Shown: positions 1 through 12,300, numbered from the stretch's first letter. The stretch is DNA of 64,000 nucleotides from Leptonemataceae bacterium (GCA_965227295.1 OZ245742.1:4864001-4928000); one strand, 5' to 3'. Translations and numbers: made by a program. Notes: a model not told the origin generated them from the sequence alone.

Positions 1-1
1 C

Positions 2-1237
2 GTGCGACATACGCGGCTCGTTCGCGAACTTGCACGGCAACTCTACGAAGAAGACGGTTCGCGGATCGTACTTCAGTACTCGCCGGAGTCATTCTCTTCC
101 ACGGAGCCGGACTTCGCCGTGGAGATCTGCGCTGCGGTGATGGAGACCTGGCAACCCACCGCGGAGGAGCCGATCATTCTGAATCTTCCGGCGACGGTGG
201 AACGCAGCGGCCCGCACATCTTCGCCGACCAAATCGAGTACTTTCATCGCAACCTCCCCGATCGCGAGCGCGCGGTGATCAGCATTCATCCGCACAACGA
301 CCGCGGTTGCGCCGTGGCCGCGGCGGAGTTCGGCATCCAGGCCGGAGGCGAACGCATTGAAGGTACGCTTTTCGGCAACGGCGAACGCACCGGCAACGTC
401 GATCTGGTAACGCTGGCGTTGAACCTGCACTCCCAGGGAGTGGATCCGCGCCTGGACTTTTCGAACATCGATGCCGTGCGCGAAACGTATGAGCGTTGCA
501 CCCGCATGCGCGTACACGAACGCCATCCCTACGCCGGGGACCTGGTCTATACGGCCTTCTCCGGTTCGCACCAGGACGCCATCCGCAAGGGCTTCACCTA
601 CCGCAAAGAACAGCTCACAGCGGCGGAACGTGCGGCGACCTGGGAGGTCCCGTACCTGCCCGTGGACCCGGCGGATGTCGGCCGTTCGTACGAGGCGGTG
701 GTGCGCGTAAATTCTCAGTCCGGCAAGGGCGGCGCCGCTTTTCTGCTGGAACGCGATTACGGCTTAAGTTTACCTAAAATGATGTTACCGGTTTTCGGGC
801 GAAACATCCAGGCCCGGGTAGACGCGGAAGAACGAGAACTCTCGGCCGCGGAAATCCATGCCGTCTTCGAAGAAGACTTTCTGGCGAAGGGAGGAAATGT
901 GCGCATCCTGGAGATCGCCCAGGACGAGCGGAGTTGCTCCGTGCGTTTCACGCTGCAAGACTCCCGGACATACTCCGGCAGCGGGGCCGGTCCCATCGAG
1001 GCCTGCCGGGATGCTCTGCGAGACGTTCTTCCGGAGTTCGAAGTCGTCCACTACTCCGAAAGCGCCCGGGGCTCCGGCACCGCGGCGGAGGCCGTGGCGT
1101 ATGTCGCCGTGCGTTTCGGAAACGAGGGCGAACTCCATTGGGGCGCCGGGATGGATCGCAGCATCACCACGGCGTCGCTGCGCGCGCTGTTCTCCGCGGT
1201 GCCGGTGATCTCTAAAGATACGCTGAGTGTTGGTTAG
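2..1237 (+). CDS. leuA: 2-isopropylmalate synthase (5'-truncated by window edge)
   Basis: DRE-TIM motifs YSPESF, NLPATVE, HPHNDRG, GNGERTGNVDL, AFSGSHQDAI, VRVNSQSGKGG plus a C-terminal regulatory domain (GxGPI...WGAG). N-terminus lies outside the window. Confidence 0.95.
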   Translation: MRHTRLVRELARQLYEEDGSRIVLQYSPESFSSTEPDFAVEICAAVMETWQPTAEEPIILNLPATVERSGPHIFADQIEYFHRNLPDRERAVISIHPHNDRGCAVAAAEFGIQAGGERIEGTLFGNGERTGNVDLVTLALNLHSQGVDPRLDFSNIDAVRETYERCTRMRVHERHPYAGDLVYTAFSGSHQDAIRKGFTYRKEQLTAAERAATWEVPYLPVDPADVGRSYEAVVRVNSQSGKGGAAFLLERDYGLSLPKMMLPVFGRNIQARVDAEERELSAAEIHAVFEEDFLAKGGNVRILEIAQDERSCSVRFTLQDSRTYSGSGAGPIEACRDALRDVLPEFEVVHYSESARGSGTAAEAVAYVAVRFGNEGELHWGAGMDRSITTASLRALFSAVPVISKDTLSVG

Positions 1238-2607
1238 TATTTCATGGGCAGGCTGATGCTCTGACCGGCGTCCAGGTCGAGGGGGACGAGAATATCAAAA
1301 CGCGTCCCCTGGCCCGGCATGGAGGTGATCTTAACGGTTCCCTCCATGTCGTCGACCCGGCGGCGGATGTTGTCCAGGCCGAAGCCGCGCAATTTGAGGC
1401 GTACCGCCTCCGGGGAAAAGCCGCGGCCGTCGTCTTCCAGCCTCAAGCTTACACGATCTCCCTGGTTCGCCAGGTGCAGACTCACCCGATCGGCGCCGGA
1501 GTGTTTGACGACGTTCGTGAAGAGTTCCTGCACGATGCGAAATAAATGCGTTTCCACCGTGCGTCCCGGCTTGGACTCGAGCTCGATCTCCAGGTCCACG
1601 TCGATGCCCTTCACGTCCAGGAAGTGTTTGGAGTACCAGCGGATCGCCGCTTCCAGGCCCAGATCGTTGAGCACCGAAGGATAGAGCCGCGTGTACAGAT
1701 CGCGTAATTCTTTGCTGGCCCGATCGATGAGATCCAGTCCGGCGCTGAACCGTTCCTTCATCTGCTCCGGATTCTTTTCGTACGACGTGAAGTTCAACTT
1801 CGCGGCGAGGATCGTCTGGCCCACCCCGTCGTGTAATTCCCGGGCGACCACCTGGCGCTCCCGCTCCTGCAAATGCAGCAGGCGCGAGTGCAGGGCCGTA
1901 ACTTTCTCTTCGAGTTTCTTAATGCGACTGATGTCTTTCAGAATCGCGCCGATCTGCGAACCGAAACGAAAGATGGTGTAACCGAACACCCGCTCGCCGG
2001 CCCGAAACTCGCAGTTCTCCACGACGGTGTGCTCCGATTCCTCGACGTTGGCCCGAAAGTCTTCTTCGTCCTTGCGGCTCATGGAGAGGACCTCGAATAC
2101 GGAGCGGTCTTCGACGCGGTCCCTGGAAATCCCGAACTCCCGCTCGAAGGTACGATTCACGAATCGAATGTGATAGTCACCGTCCATGGTGAGGATCGGC
2201 GAGATGTTGGAGACGATGCTGTCGAAGTGCGCGTGAATGCGCCGGGCTTCCCGGGCGGCGCCGGAGATACCCGTGAGGTCCACGACGATGCACTGGACCT
2301 CGTCACCGTAGAGGGGCTGAATGTAATAACGAACGTAAACGCTGTCGTCGTTGGCGGTGACGCAACCGCCCTCGGAGACAATGGGACGATCCTCCGCGAA
2401 GGAGCGGTCGAGGTAATCCGTGAGGCCGCAGTCCCGAAACGGCGCAAACTCCATGAGCGAACGCCCGGCACAGGCTTCCGGGGACGGCAGGTCCAACAGG
2501 GCGACCAGCACGGGATTGATTTCGATGATGCTTCCCTCCCGGCGAGCCCGCAACAAACCGATGGGGACGGAAGAGAATAACGTCTGGTACAGCTTCTCTT
2601 CGGACAC
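1234..2607 (-). CDS. PAS-domain sensor histidine kinase, HisKA_3 (NarX/UhpB-like)
   Basis: Two PAS-like segments, H-box ERERQVVARELHDGVGQ, N-box QELFTNVVKHS, G boxes DDGRGF and GFGL. GTG start; no transmembrane segment seen. Confidence 0.9.
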   Translation of the reverse strand: MSEEKLYQTLFSSVPIGLLRARREGSIIEINPVLVALLDLPSPEACAGRSLMEFAPFRDCGLTDYLDRSFAEDRPIVSEGGCVTANDDSVYVRYYIQPLYGDEVQCIVVDLTGISGAAREARRIHAHFDSIVSNISPILTMDGDYHIRFVNRTFEREFGISRDRVEDRSVFEVLSMSRKDEEDFRANVEESEHTVVENCEFRAGERVFGYTIFRFGSQIGAILKDISRIKKLEEKVTALHSRLLHLQERERQVVARELHDGVGQTILAAKLNFTSYEKNPEQMKERFSAGLDLIDRASKELRDLYTRLYPSVLNDLGLEAAIRWYSKHFLDVKGIDVDLEIELESKPGRTVETHLFRIVQELFTNVVKHSGADRVSLHLANQGDRVSLRLEDDGRGFSPEAVRLKLRGFGLDNIRRRVDDMEGTVKITSMPGQGTRFDILVPLDLDAGQSISLPMKY

Positions 2608-2648
2608 GTTTCAGGTTTAGTTCAAAAGACGAAAAAAATAAAGCAAAT

Positions 2649-3401
2649 TTATCTCAAATGATCGATCACCCGGGTCAGTTCCGCGTTCAGCGCGGCCAGT
2701 GTAGGGGTGGGATTGTCCCGAAGGAAGAAATGGGCACCGGGAATCATGTGCAGTCGAAAATCCGCGGACGTGTGAATGCGCCAGGCCTGAAGCTCGGACC
2801 GAATCGCGCGCTCATCTTCATCCCCCCCGAAGACTACGAGGGGTACCGGCAGGGGCGGCTCCGACCGATACTCATGAGATTCAAATACGGTAAAATCCGC
2901 ACGCAGCAACGGTACGAATATATCCAAAAGCTCACGATCTTCCAGCACGGCCCGGGGCGTACCGCCGTAGCTTTCCAGGCTTTTGATAAAATCCGGTTCC
3001 GCCAGCGTGTGCATAATCGGAAAACGCTCGGGTGTCTGTGGGGCCTTGCGCCCGGAAACAATCAGCAGTTCCGGGAGGCGGCGTCCTTCCCGGCGCAATC
3101 TGCGGGTAATCTCAAAGGAAATCAGGCCACCCATGCTGTGACCGAAAAGCACGAACGGTCCTCCGACGGCTTCCAGAACGGGCACAAACTCATCGATGAT
3201 GCGGTTCAAATCAGGAATCGGCGATTCCTTGATCCGCGTCTGACGCCCGGGTAGTTCCACTGCCAGGACTTCTACTTCCGGAGGCATGCTGTCATGCCAG
3301 GATCGATAGAGAGTAGAGTTGCCGCCGGCAGGCGGAAAACAGAACAGGCGTACAAGCGCCTCAGGCCGTTCCTGATTACAAACAATCCACGGACTCTTCA
3401 T
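2649..3401 (-). CDS. Type II thioesterase (GrsT/RifR-like)
   Basis: LFCFPPAGG, ELPGR, GHSMG nucleophile, LRADF, GAHFF. Start placed at MKSPW (3401), just after the monooxygenase stop. Confidence 0.92.
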   Translation of the reverse strand: MKSPWIVCNQERPEALVRLFCFPPAGGNSTLYRSWHDSMPPEVEVLAVELPGRQTRIKESPIPDLNRIIDEFVPVLEAVGGPFVLFGHSMGGLISFEITRRLRREGRRLPELLIVSGRKAPQTPERFPIMHTLAEPDFIKSLESYGGTPRAVLEDRELLDIFVPLLRADFTVFESHEYRSEPPLPVPLVVFGGDEDERAIRSELQAWRIHTSADFRLHMIPGAHFFLRDNPTPTLAALNAELTRVIDHLR

Positions 3402-3443
3402 CGGCGACAGCCTTACTGCCGCCGATGAGGTGTGCATCCGTTT

Positions 3444-4949
3444 TTACGCGGCAGCCTCGGATTTTGTCCGGCGATTGCCCGAACGTTTCCTCTTCCGCTG
3501 CTTGTCGGACTCGCGCAGTTTTTCCATAACGCCTTCACCGGGCTCCAGGGGGCGATACTGAGTTTCCGGACTCGGCATCGGCCCACGAAGCAGGCCGAAA
3601 GTATAACCCAGGATACGGAAAAACACGGAGGGACGGAAGAGTCCGACCGGCGTGTGAATGAAATGCAGCACCCGGAAGAACTCATCGTAAACGGCGGAGT
3701 ATTGGGCGGAGAGTTTGTGAACCGCACCGACATACCAGTGCAGGATTGGAAGATAGAAGGGACGCTTGCCCTCCGTCTCCTTATAGCGGAAATCTTCCGC
3801 GGTGGCCAGAACCCACGGGATCATCGAGACGGTCCACGAGGCCCGACGAAAAAAGCGTTTCGTAATATTCTTCAGGCCACGGTTCAAGGAACGATCCAAT
3901 GCTCGCACGGCCATCGATCCCACACTCATGCCCTGACCGTAGATGGGGTTAAACGAGCAAAGTGCGTCCCCTACGGCGACAAAGCCGTTGGGCAGCCTGC
4001 ACTTATCGTAACGCATACGCCTGGAGGCGGGCATTTTATATGAGGCAAATCCTGTGATAGGCTTCGCTTTTTTGATGGTTTCGTAGATATCCGGTCGGGC
4101 AAGGGACTTCGCGTGCTCAAGATAGCTTTCCTCGGTCATGGAAGCGTGCGCGCCGTGGTAGCCGGTCATGGTGACAATCCAACGCTTCCGTCCCTCGGGG
4201 CCCGGCTCGATGTGATAGATATAACCGAGGCGGCAATCCGGTGATTTCGGATAGATCATCATGGCCGCCCAGTCGCGCTCGGATTTCGCCGGCTGCTCGT
4301 ACAGGCGGGTCGTATAACCGATGTCGATGCGTACGCGATCTTCTCCAGGATGTTGATAACCGAGATCCTCAAGCCAGCGCGGGAATTTGGAACCGCGACC
4401 GGAGGCATCGACCACGAGATCAGCATGCACTTGTTCTTCGCGCATGGGGTTGTGAGACCGAATCGTGACCCCGCTAATGTTCTTTCGCTGCGCATCAACA
4501 ATCAAATTCATGACGTCGTGTTCGTAGAGAATGCGTACGTTCGCGCAATCCTGGTTCAGTCGCTTGCGAACCATCCACTCTACGAGCGGGCGGCTTTGGA
4601 GATAGAAGTACATATGGTTCGGCTTGCGTAACTTCCACACACCATGGTGATACCAGGCAAGATCCGCCGCCGTATCAGCCCGAACCGCGCCCGCAGCTTC
4701 CATTTCATCGAAAATTCCAGGGAAGTAATCCTGGACGATCTCCCGCCCTTTATCAAGCATAACATGGACATGCCAGCCTTGGGGAGCGCCCCGGCGGGGA
4801 AACGGCCCCTCCGGCGCATGGTCTCGCTCTACAACTATGACTTCGTCGAAGCGAGGCGAGAGGGCCCTGGCTGCCAGGAGGCCGATCATACTACCGCCAA
4901 CAACGATGGCTCGATCTCCGAGGCGTTTACCGTTTTTATTCTGAATCAT
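3444..4949 (-). CDS. FAD-dependent monooxygenase, Lsd18/MonCI epoxidase-like family
   Basis: GGSMIG Rossmann start, ERD...RRGAPQGWHVH, DLVVDASGRGS, GDALCSFNPIYGQGMS. GAGG RBS upstream. Confidence 0.8.
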   Translation of the reverse strand: MIQNKNGKRLGDRAIVVGGSMIGLLAARALSPRFDEVIVVERDHAPEGPFPRRGAPQGWHVHVMLDKGREIVQDYFPGIFDEMEAAGAVRADTAADLAWYHHGVWKLRKPNHMYFYLQSRPLVEWMVRKRLNQDCANVRILYEHDVMNLIVDAQRKNISGVTIRSHNPMREEQVHADLVVDASGRGSKFPRWLEDLGYQHPGEDRVRIDIGYTTRLYEQPAKSERDWAAMMIYPKSPDCRLGYIYHIEPGPEGRKRWIVTMTGYHGAHASMTEESYLEHAKSLARPDIYETIKKAKPITGFASYKMPASRRMRYDKCRLPNGFVAVGDALCSFNPIYGQGMSVGSMAVRALDRSLNRGLKNITKRFFRRASWTVSMIPWVLATAEDFRYKETEGKRPFYLPILHWYVGAVHKLSAQYSAVYDEFFRVLHFIHTPVGLFRPSVFFRILGYTFGLLRGPMPSPETQYRPLEPGEGVMEKLRESDKQRKRKRSGNRRTKSEAAA

Positions 4950-5145
4950 GTGTTACCTCCGCACCGTCACTTAAGCCGATTCAACTACAAACCGGCACTA
5001 AGCTATTATTATGACGATTTTTTAGTTAATAGTACCGAAAATAAAGAAAATAATTTCCTTTTTTCGACACTTAAGGCGGAAGTTAGTCGAGCCTCATACT
5101 CGCAGAGATCTGAAATAGTACGAAAGCACTAGAAGGTCACGAGCA

Positions 5146-5508
5146 TCAATCCCCGACTTTTGCCAGGACACTTTTGACGGGGGCGGGAATCGGCGCCGGC
5201 TGATGAAATTCAACGCCGACCAGATAGGCGTCCTGCTTGCCGACGGTCCCCATGCTCTGCCAGGCAACCCGTGCCACAAAGTGCATCTTTTCCTCAAGGT
5301 CCTTGCCGAGGAGGACACCTTCGATGTCGGCCCCGATTTCCGTGTGAAGGACAGCGCCTTTACTTACGGGAACCACAGCACAAAGGCCGGTCTCGGAGAT
5401 ATCACCGAGCATGGCGAAGAATTCTTCACCGGCAATGTTTAAGTTCAGTTCCAGCTTGAACTTGTTCAGGGCGTTGGCATAAACGCGCGGGCTTCGCATG
5501 CGTAACAT
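5146..5508 (-). CDS. Stand-alone PilZ-domain protein (~120 aa)
   Basis: GGAGG RBS before ATG at 5508; RMRSPR (imperfect RxxxR), DISETG (D/NxSxxG), VAW, GVEF. Confidence 0.8.
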   Translation of the reverse strand: MLRMRSPRVYANALNKFKLELNLNIAGEEFFAMLGDISETGLCAVVPVSKGAVLHTEIGADIEGVLLGKDLEEKMHFVARVAWQSMGTVGKQDAYLVGVEFHQPAPIPAPVKSVLAKVGD

Positions 5509-5598
5509 GGGGCACCTCCGGTCGCCATGGCGTCGGCCCCGACTTGAAAACGCCACAAAAAACTGGACTGGAATCCGGAATCCCATGATTCCGGATTC

Positions 5599-6393
5599 AT
5601 GCGCGTAAATCCCGACCGCTCCGCCTACATCGTCTTGGACTCCGTAGATTCTACCAATCAGTATCTTATGCAGGCGGGGGTTCCCTCCGGGACCGTCTGT
5701 GTGGCGCGAACGCAGACCGCGGGCCGGGGACGACGGGGGAGACACTGGCATGCGCGCCCCGGAACGGCCGTTCTCTTCTCCACACTGCTGGTGCTGGAAT
5801 CCGACGTGTACCGGAACCTCGGCCCTCGCGTCGTCTGGTTTCCGTTGCTGGCCGGTCTCGCGGTCCTAAGAGTCGCTGAGCGAATTCTTACGGAATCCAC
5901 ATCCGCACGCAAACCGGATCTCTGGTTGAAATGGCCGAACGACCTCTATGCTGTTCGCGACGGCGTTCCCGGCAAGGCTGCCGGCATTCTGGTGGAGTCT
6001 TCGATCGGAAAAACTGAGAGTATGCGAGTCGTGATCGGCGCGGGTATTAACTTCAGCGACGTTCCTGAGGACGTGCCGGATGCGACGGTGCCGCCGGCGG
6101 CTTTGCTTTCCGAAAGCAGGGCGGAACAGCAAGAACCTTTTGAAATCTTCGTACCGCTCTACATTGCCGAATTCAACGCGCGACTGAGCCAGCTCTCCGG
6201 CGACACAAAGGTACTCCCGGACTTTCTCCGGGAGATCCGCGCCAGGGATTACCTCCGGAATCGCCTGGTTCGCACTGGTGGAGAAACGTTTGCCGCACGC
6301 GGGATCTCCGACACCGGGCGGCTGATCCTGGAAAAAGACGGAGTGCGCACGGAAACGGATGACGCCCCGGATCTTGAGATCCTGCCGGACTAA
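5599..6393 (+). CDS. birA: Biotin-[acetyl-CoA-carboxylase] ligase (no HTH, monofunctional)
   Basis: VDSTN, QTAGRGRRGRHW, LKWPND, KAAGILVE, GAGIN. Confidence 0.93.
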   Translation: MRVNPDRSAYIVLDSVDSTNQYLMQAGVPSGTVCVARTQTAGRGRRGRHWHARPGTAVLFSTLLVLESDVYRNLGPRVVWFPLLAGLAVLRVAERILTESTSARKPDLWLKWPNDLYAVRDGVPGKAAGILVESSIGKTESMRVVIGAGINFSDVPEDVPDATVPPAALLSESRAEQQEPFEIFVPLYIAEFNARLSQLSGDTKVLPDFLREIRARDYLRNRLVRTGGETFAARGISDTGRLILEKDGVRTETDDAPDLEILPD

Positions 6394-6399
6394 TAGATA

Positions 6400-9300
6400 C
6401 TACGAGCCGGGATCGTCGGCACCAAAGGCCAGCTGATGTGAGTGTATGGCCTGCTCCATGCCTTTCACGACGGACGCCCGCAATTCTGTGACATCACTGA
6501 TGCCGATGTCCAACAGACCGGATTCCTGCGCATCATGGTCGGCGCGGGACTTTCGATTGAAGTCTTCCATAAACTTCCGGTGATTCTCACGAGCGCCGTC
6601 CTCGTCCCCGTTTGCAAGAAGTTCACCATGCTTGCGACCTTCAAAAAGGTCGTATGCGGCCTGTCCGCCCATCACAGCAACCAGTGAGGAATTCAAGGCG
6701 ACATACGCAATGCCCGGTCGCAGAAACTTACTGAACGCATGAATCTGCCGTCCGCCATAGTTCTGATGGAGGACCACAGACACCACAGGAACGCGCCCCA
6801 GGATATTTACATCCAGCGACTCGGCACCAATAGCCTGAATACGCAAACGCTCCTGCCGCGTCCCGGGTACGAAGCCCGGGGCATTCGAAAGCATCACCAC
6901 CGGTAGCCCGCGGCGGTTCACCAGCTCCATGAACACACGGAACTTCTCGGTACCGGGTGCATCCGGGGCTCCTCCCATGATCTGCGGCTGATCCGCGAGT
7001 ATCGCCACCACGCGACCGTCGAGTCGGCCGAGGCCGGTTACCAACGCCGGCCCCGCCGCAGGGTCATTCATCTCCCGGTACATTTCAATGAAACTGCCGT
7101 TGTCGCAAATCGCTTCGATCACCGAACCAACGATGTCGTAGGCTTGATTGACCTCGACCGGAATGTTCGCCGGACCGGCCGGTCCGACAGGAGACCGACT
7201 TCCCAGGGGAGAAAGCAGGGCAATCAGGTTCTGAGCGTAGTCAAAAGCTCCGGCAAAAGACGAGGCGATAAATGCGGCGTACTGCCTTACGGCCTGGAGC
7301 TGTTCTCGCGTTTCGTTACCGGAGCGAACATACACCAGTGCATCCGCAGATGCATTCAGCTCCACGCGATGCAAGCCGTCGGGATGCGTCAGAATATTAA
7401 TGTGCACGCCGCGCGTATCGCGCAGAGTGTTCAGAAAATCCATGCGCGCTCTGAGCCCGGCACGATCCTCGAAGCGGTCCGGAGGGCCCATTTCCTGAAA
7501 CCAACGGCGACCGAATATTAAGATTCGCGCCGACTTTGTACGAGCGGCGATCTTCAACAACTCCCGCGCCCTGATTGCCGTGGCACTGGAGCGCACACCA
7601 AAACGACTGCGAGTTCCCAGTAAGAGCGTTCGTCGGCCTCCCAGGCGGGCAAAACCCCCGACCACCGCGCCGGCAGCGAAGTACTCATCCTTAAGAGACC
7701 AGAAATCGCCATCATCAACGTTTTGCTGGAGAATGCGCTCGTTGACGACAGATCGGCCGCGCAGGGCCGTGCGGGTATAAACCTCATCCGATTCCGCGGC
7801 GCCTCCCTTGCGCTCGATTCGATCGCGTTCCCGTTCAGCACCGAACAGGCGGTGAATGCGCCGGACGATGGCGATTAAATGTATCTTGTCTCGTGCAATG
7901 AAATCCGCAATGCCGGTCCACTTGCCCATGATCTTCGCGCCGCCGATTTCGTAGTTCGTCAGATCTTCTCCCGTGACTGAGCGAATGACGTTGGAACCGG
8001 TGAGGACGCGATACGATTCCGGTGAGTCCAGCAGTACCTGCAAGGTAGCCTGACTTGATCCGTAGACATCCAGGCCGGCGGAAGAGCCGATCCCCACTGC
8101 TACGGTGAAAAGCGGAGGCCGGTCCTCTGCGATGAACTCCGGAAATTGAAATTGCCGGCCAATTTCCGCGAGCATGTTCCGCAACGTTTCGTCGGCATTG
8201 CGCTCGGTATAACGCGCGAAAGTCTCCGCGTCCACGTTCTCGGCCAACAGAGTATTCATCATGAATCCCTGCGCCGCGCGATTCAGGGAGATGACTCCTT
8301 CACGAATGTTCGCTCCGGCCCCGTCGTTCCAGACGTAAAGAGGTCGTCCCAGGCGATACGCGATGTAGGCCGCCGCAACGTATTTCAGTCCCTCAAGATT
8401 TCCGGTGGCGCCGCCGCGCACGCGACTGTCTTTCATAAAGAAGATTGCCGGCAGGCCATCGATCTGGCCTTCAAAGATTGAGGCGCCCACGACCAGCCTC
8501 TGCTTCGCGCCGGTCTCAGGATTCACGACCTGCTGGTCGTCAATCGAAGGGACCAGGATCTCCTGCACGGAATCCACATCGTCGAAGCACTCGCGAACCC
8601 AGAAATCAATGGGCCATTTGTCCCGGGCTAACATTCGCTCAACCCGTGGGTCCTCGGGCGCAGGTAACCCGGAGTAGGGATTGCGAAAATCCACATCCAG
8701 AAGATGAAAACGGATCGTCTCGCCGTCCCCATGAAAACCAATCATGCGTCGGGAGTAGGTCCCGCTGGCCCGGGCGTGTACATCCAGGTGCAGGATGCTC
8801 GCCTCAATCTGAGTAATTTTCAGGAAGGGAAAATGCTCCGTAAGCTCACGATTCAGCTCCCAGTAATCAAAATCGCCACCGAAGCCGCTGAAGTCGAAGC
8901 GGGAATCGCCGACGTGCGTTAGAATCTCGACGCGATGACCGTTTTCTCTGGGAATTTCCAGGGGTGGATTCTTGGCGATAAAGCGGGCCGCAAAGAGTAC
9001 CTGCACCGCATCCATAATCGCTTTCCAGATCCGTCGGGCGAAGGGGGTTTCTGCGCCCTGCTCGGAAGCCGCGTCCACAGCCGCAAAGGAAACCAGGCGA
9101 CGATCGTCCCCATTCGCCAGAACGTAGAGATAGACGGTCTCCAGAGGCGAATAGAGCCGGCGGACCCGAGAAGATTGCTTCAGAAATTTTAACTTACTCT
9201 CCAGTTCACTTTGTACCCAGGCCGGCGCTTCCGACGGGATCAACTCGCCCGTCTCGTCCGACTCCAGGGATTCACTGAATCCCGTAACGAGAGACATGAC

Positions 9301-12300
9301 GTCTTCCACGTCGAATACGAGCAGAGGATGTAGTTTATCGAGTGCTTCTTTGTAGAGATCCGCGCCGGAGGTTTCATCGTCTTCCGCAAAGAGCTCCAGG
9401 GTCCGCATCTCCGCCACGTCATCCGGAATGCGATGTACCAGAGGACGCACATACTCCACGAGAGACTCGTCCAGCTCGGTCATCTCTTGCTGCATCAAGG
9501 CGGAAAGACATTCCCGGATTTCGGCGCCCTGCTCTCGGGATCGCGCGAGCATATGTACCAGGCACCGCGTAATGGCCCGCCGGGCTTTATCGTTTACATT
9601 CGCGAGATGTAGATAGAGATATGCGTGGGATAGAACAATGCGCTGGTCCTCCTGATCACGGACGTGCTTGCGATAATTATAGGCATCGAGGACCGGGGAG
9701 ATTACGTCCTGGAAATTCTGCGAAGGCTTGTAATCTCCCAATCGCTTTTGCGCCATGAACAGTTGGAGTTCGGCACGGTACGAGATATCCGCCACGACAA
9801 TCGGCGAGAACAGTCTACGCATTCGGGTATAGAACGAAAGGATCTGGATTGCCTGCTTTCGTAAGACAGAGCGCACCTCGTACTCATAGCGATCTTCGAT
9901 GATGTTCTCCAGGATTTCCAGAAAGCCGTCCGGCAAAGACGATGTCGGGATGTAACCGCGAATAACGGAGTCCATGATCTTCAGGCAACGCGAAAGGTTT
10001 CGCTGCGGGTATTCCGCGAAGATGCTCTCGATGTCCTTTTGGTATAAGGTCTCAACGAGACTGGTTGCCCGACGTCGACGCCGGCCGACTGCAGGCTGTT
10101 CCGTGACCGCAACAGCGTCAAAATCCTCCTCATCCTCCGGGTCCACAATAGCGAGGACCTCGCCTTCGGAAATACTGCGGCCCAGAATCCTGCCGTCGGA
10201 AGTCTTTCCGAGTTGAAGCTTCGAAATGTCGCCGTTCTCCAGGAGATAGGTCAGGCGACCGTCGCGGCCGGCGTAGATTGTCGTCTCCATCTTCATGGCA
10301 GAAACTACAATGAGCGGATCGCCTTTCCGGACTTCCGTTCCCACTGCGAGTTCTCCACCGGATGCCGAGCCGGCGAATTTTACGAAAGTCGCCTGAAATG
10401 GTGCGCGCACCAGGTCGAGGTTGTCTTCATCTCCGTCACCACCCTCGGCGCGAATCTTCATGCGATAGTAGTGAATCTTGTCGTCACTGTCTTTGATGCG
10501 CAGAACGGTGTATGAGGGTTTATCATCGGTGCGAATGCGCAGTGAGCGGTTCCCGAAACGAACCAGGTATTCGTCCTCCGCATCCGCGATGCGTCCCAGA
10601 CCGATGCGACCACTGTATTCGTCATTAATATAGACGAAGAAGTTACTCATGGAACGCTGAACGAAACGCACACGGTAGTGCGATGAACCGTATTCGACAA
10701 GAAAGACCTGTCGGACTTCTTCCTTGATGGGGAGTTGATCCGCCTGCTCCGGATCATGGCGCCGGGCTATTTCCCCTGCGCGCTCGCGGATACTACGCAC
10801 GTATTCCGTAAAGGCCCCGAAACGCACGGCCATAATCCGACGCCGATCATAGTCGCCGGGGTCCGATTCCTGGCCGCTTTCCAGTTCCGGATAGTCGCCG
10901 AGCAGGCGATTCGTATAGTCCGGCTCGCGAAACGCATCGTGCCGGACGATTCTTAGCAATTGGGCAACGTTTGTTAATGTGCCCTTGATATAGAGTTCCT
11001 GCAAAGCGCGCTCCAGGCGCATTAAGGCCTGGGCCCGATCACTGCCCCGGACGATCACCTTGCCGATCATAGGATCGTAGTACGGTAGAACTCGATCCCC
11101 CTGTCGAAAACCGAAATCGCAACGCACGCCGTTAAACGTAGGGAGGTCTAACCGGACAATCTTGCCGGGGGCCGGGGCATATCCATTCTCCGGATCCTCG
11201 GCGTAGATACGGCATTCAATAGCATGATCGATCCGGTCGAATTGAAAGCGCCGCTCGCGGATAACTTCCACCGGTAGATCACATCCGCGCCCGTCGAAAT
11301 AGCGCACCTGCCAGGAAGCCAGATCCACGCCCAGGGACTGGTCCGTTACGGCATATTCCACCTGAAGGCGAGTGTTCATTTCGAGGAAACCAAACTCCCC
11401 GGTGTCCGCGTCGTAGAGGAATTCCACGGTACCGGCTCCGCCACCCTCTGAATAACCGGAAATGTCCGCCATGTTCTCCGCGGCCTCGAGAAGAAGCCGG
11501 GAGCGATCGGGCTCCAGGAAGGAGTGTCCGCTTTCTTCTATGATCTTCTGGTTGCGGCGCTGCACGGCGCACTTACGGATTCCCACCGCGAGATTATTGA
11601 AAATCTGCACTTCGATGTGCACCGGCCGGGTGATCAGCTTTTCAAGATAATAGTCGTCGTTATCGTAGAGGTCGTTGCCGATGCGCTGGGCCGATTCCAC
11701 CGCCGCCGTCAGCTCCGACTCCCGAAAGACCGGTTGCATGCCTTTGCCACCCCCGCCCTGGTCCAGCTTGATCAATACCGGATATCCAATGCGCGCCGCC
11801 TCCTGTGCGGCGTGCTCAAGATCCCGGATTTTTTCGCTGCCTTCAAAAACAGGAACGTTGTTCTGCTTCGCGAGCGCGCGCGCATCGAGCTTGTTGCCAA
11901 CCTTGCGCATCACGGAGGCCGGCGGTCCCATGAACATGATATCTCGCTGAAATTCGCGGGAACACACTCCGAGAGCATCTACGAAATCGACATTCTCCGA
12001 CAGAAAACCGTATCCGGGATAAACGGCATTCGCACCAGAGAGAACGGCGGCCGCCGCAATCGTGGGAATGTGGGTGTAGTTGTTGGCATCGCCGATGAGC
12101 ACCGTCTCGTCGGCAAACTCGTACCAGGATTGGCCGATGTCGGGCTCCGTGACAACCGCCACGGAGGGAATCCCCTCTTCGTGCAATGCGAGAAAGAAGC
12201 GTTTCGCGATTTCGCCGCGGTTGGCGACCAGGACCTTGCTAAGCTTATGATCACGCCCACCGTCATCGTGACGGCGGCGCTCCCGCGTACGCCGGTTTAA

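Noticed and set aside
5509..5751. N-terminal extension of the PilZ ORF given in the track
   Set aside because: Overlaps birA on the other strand; the RBS and domain boundary support a start at 5508.
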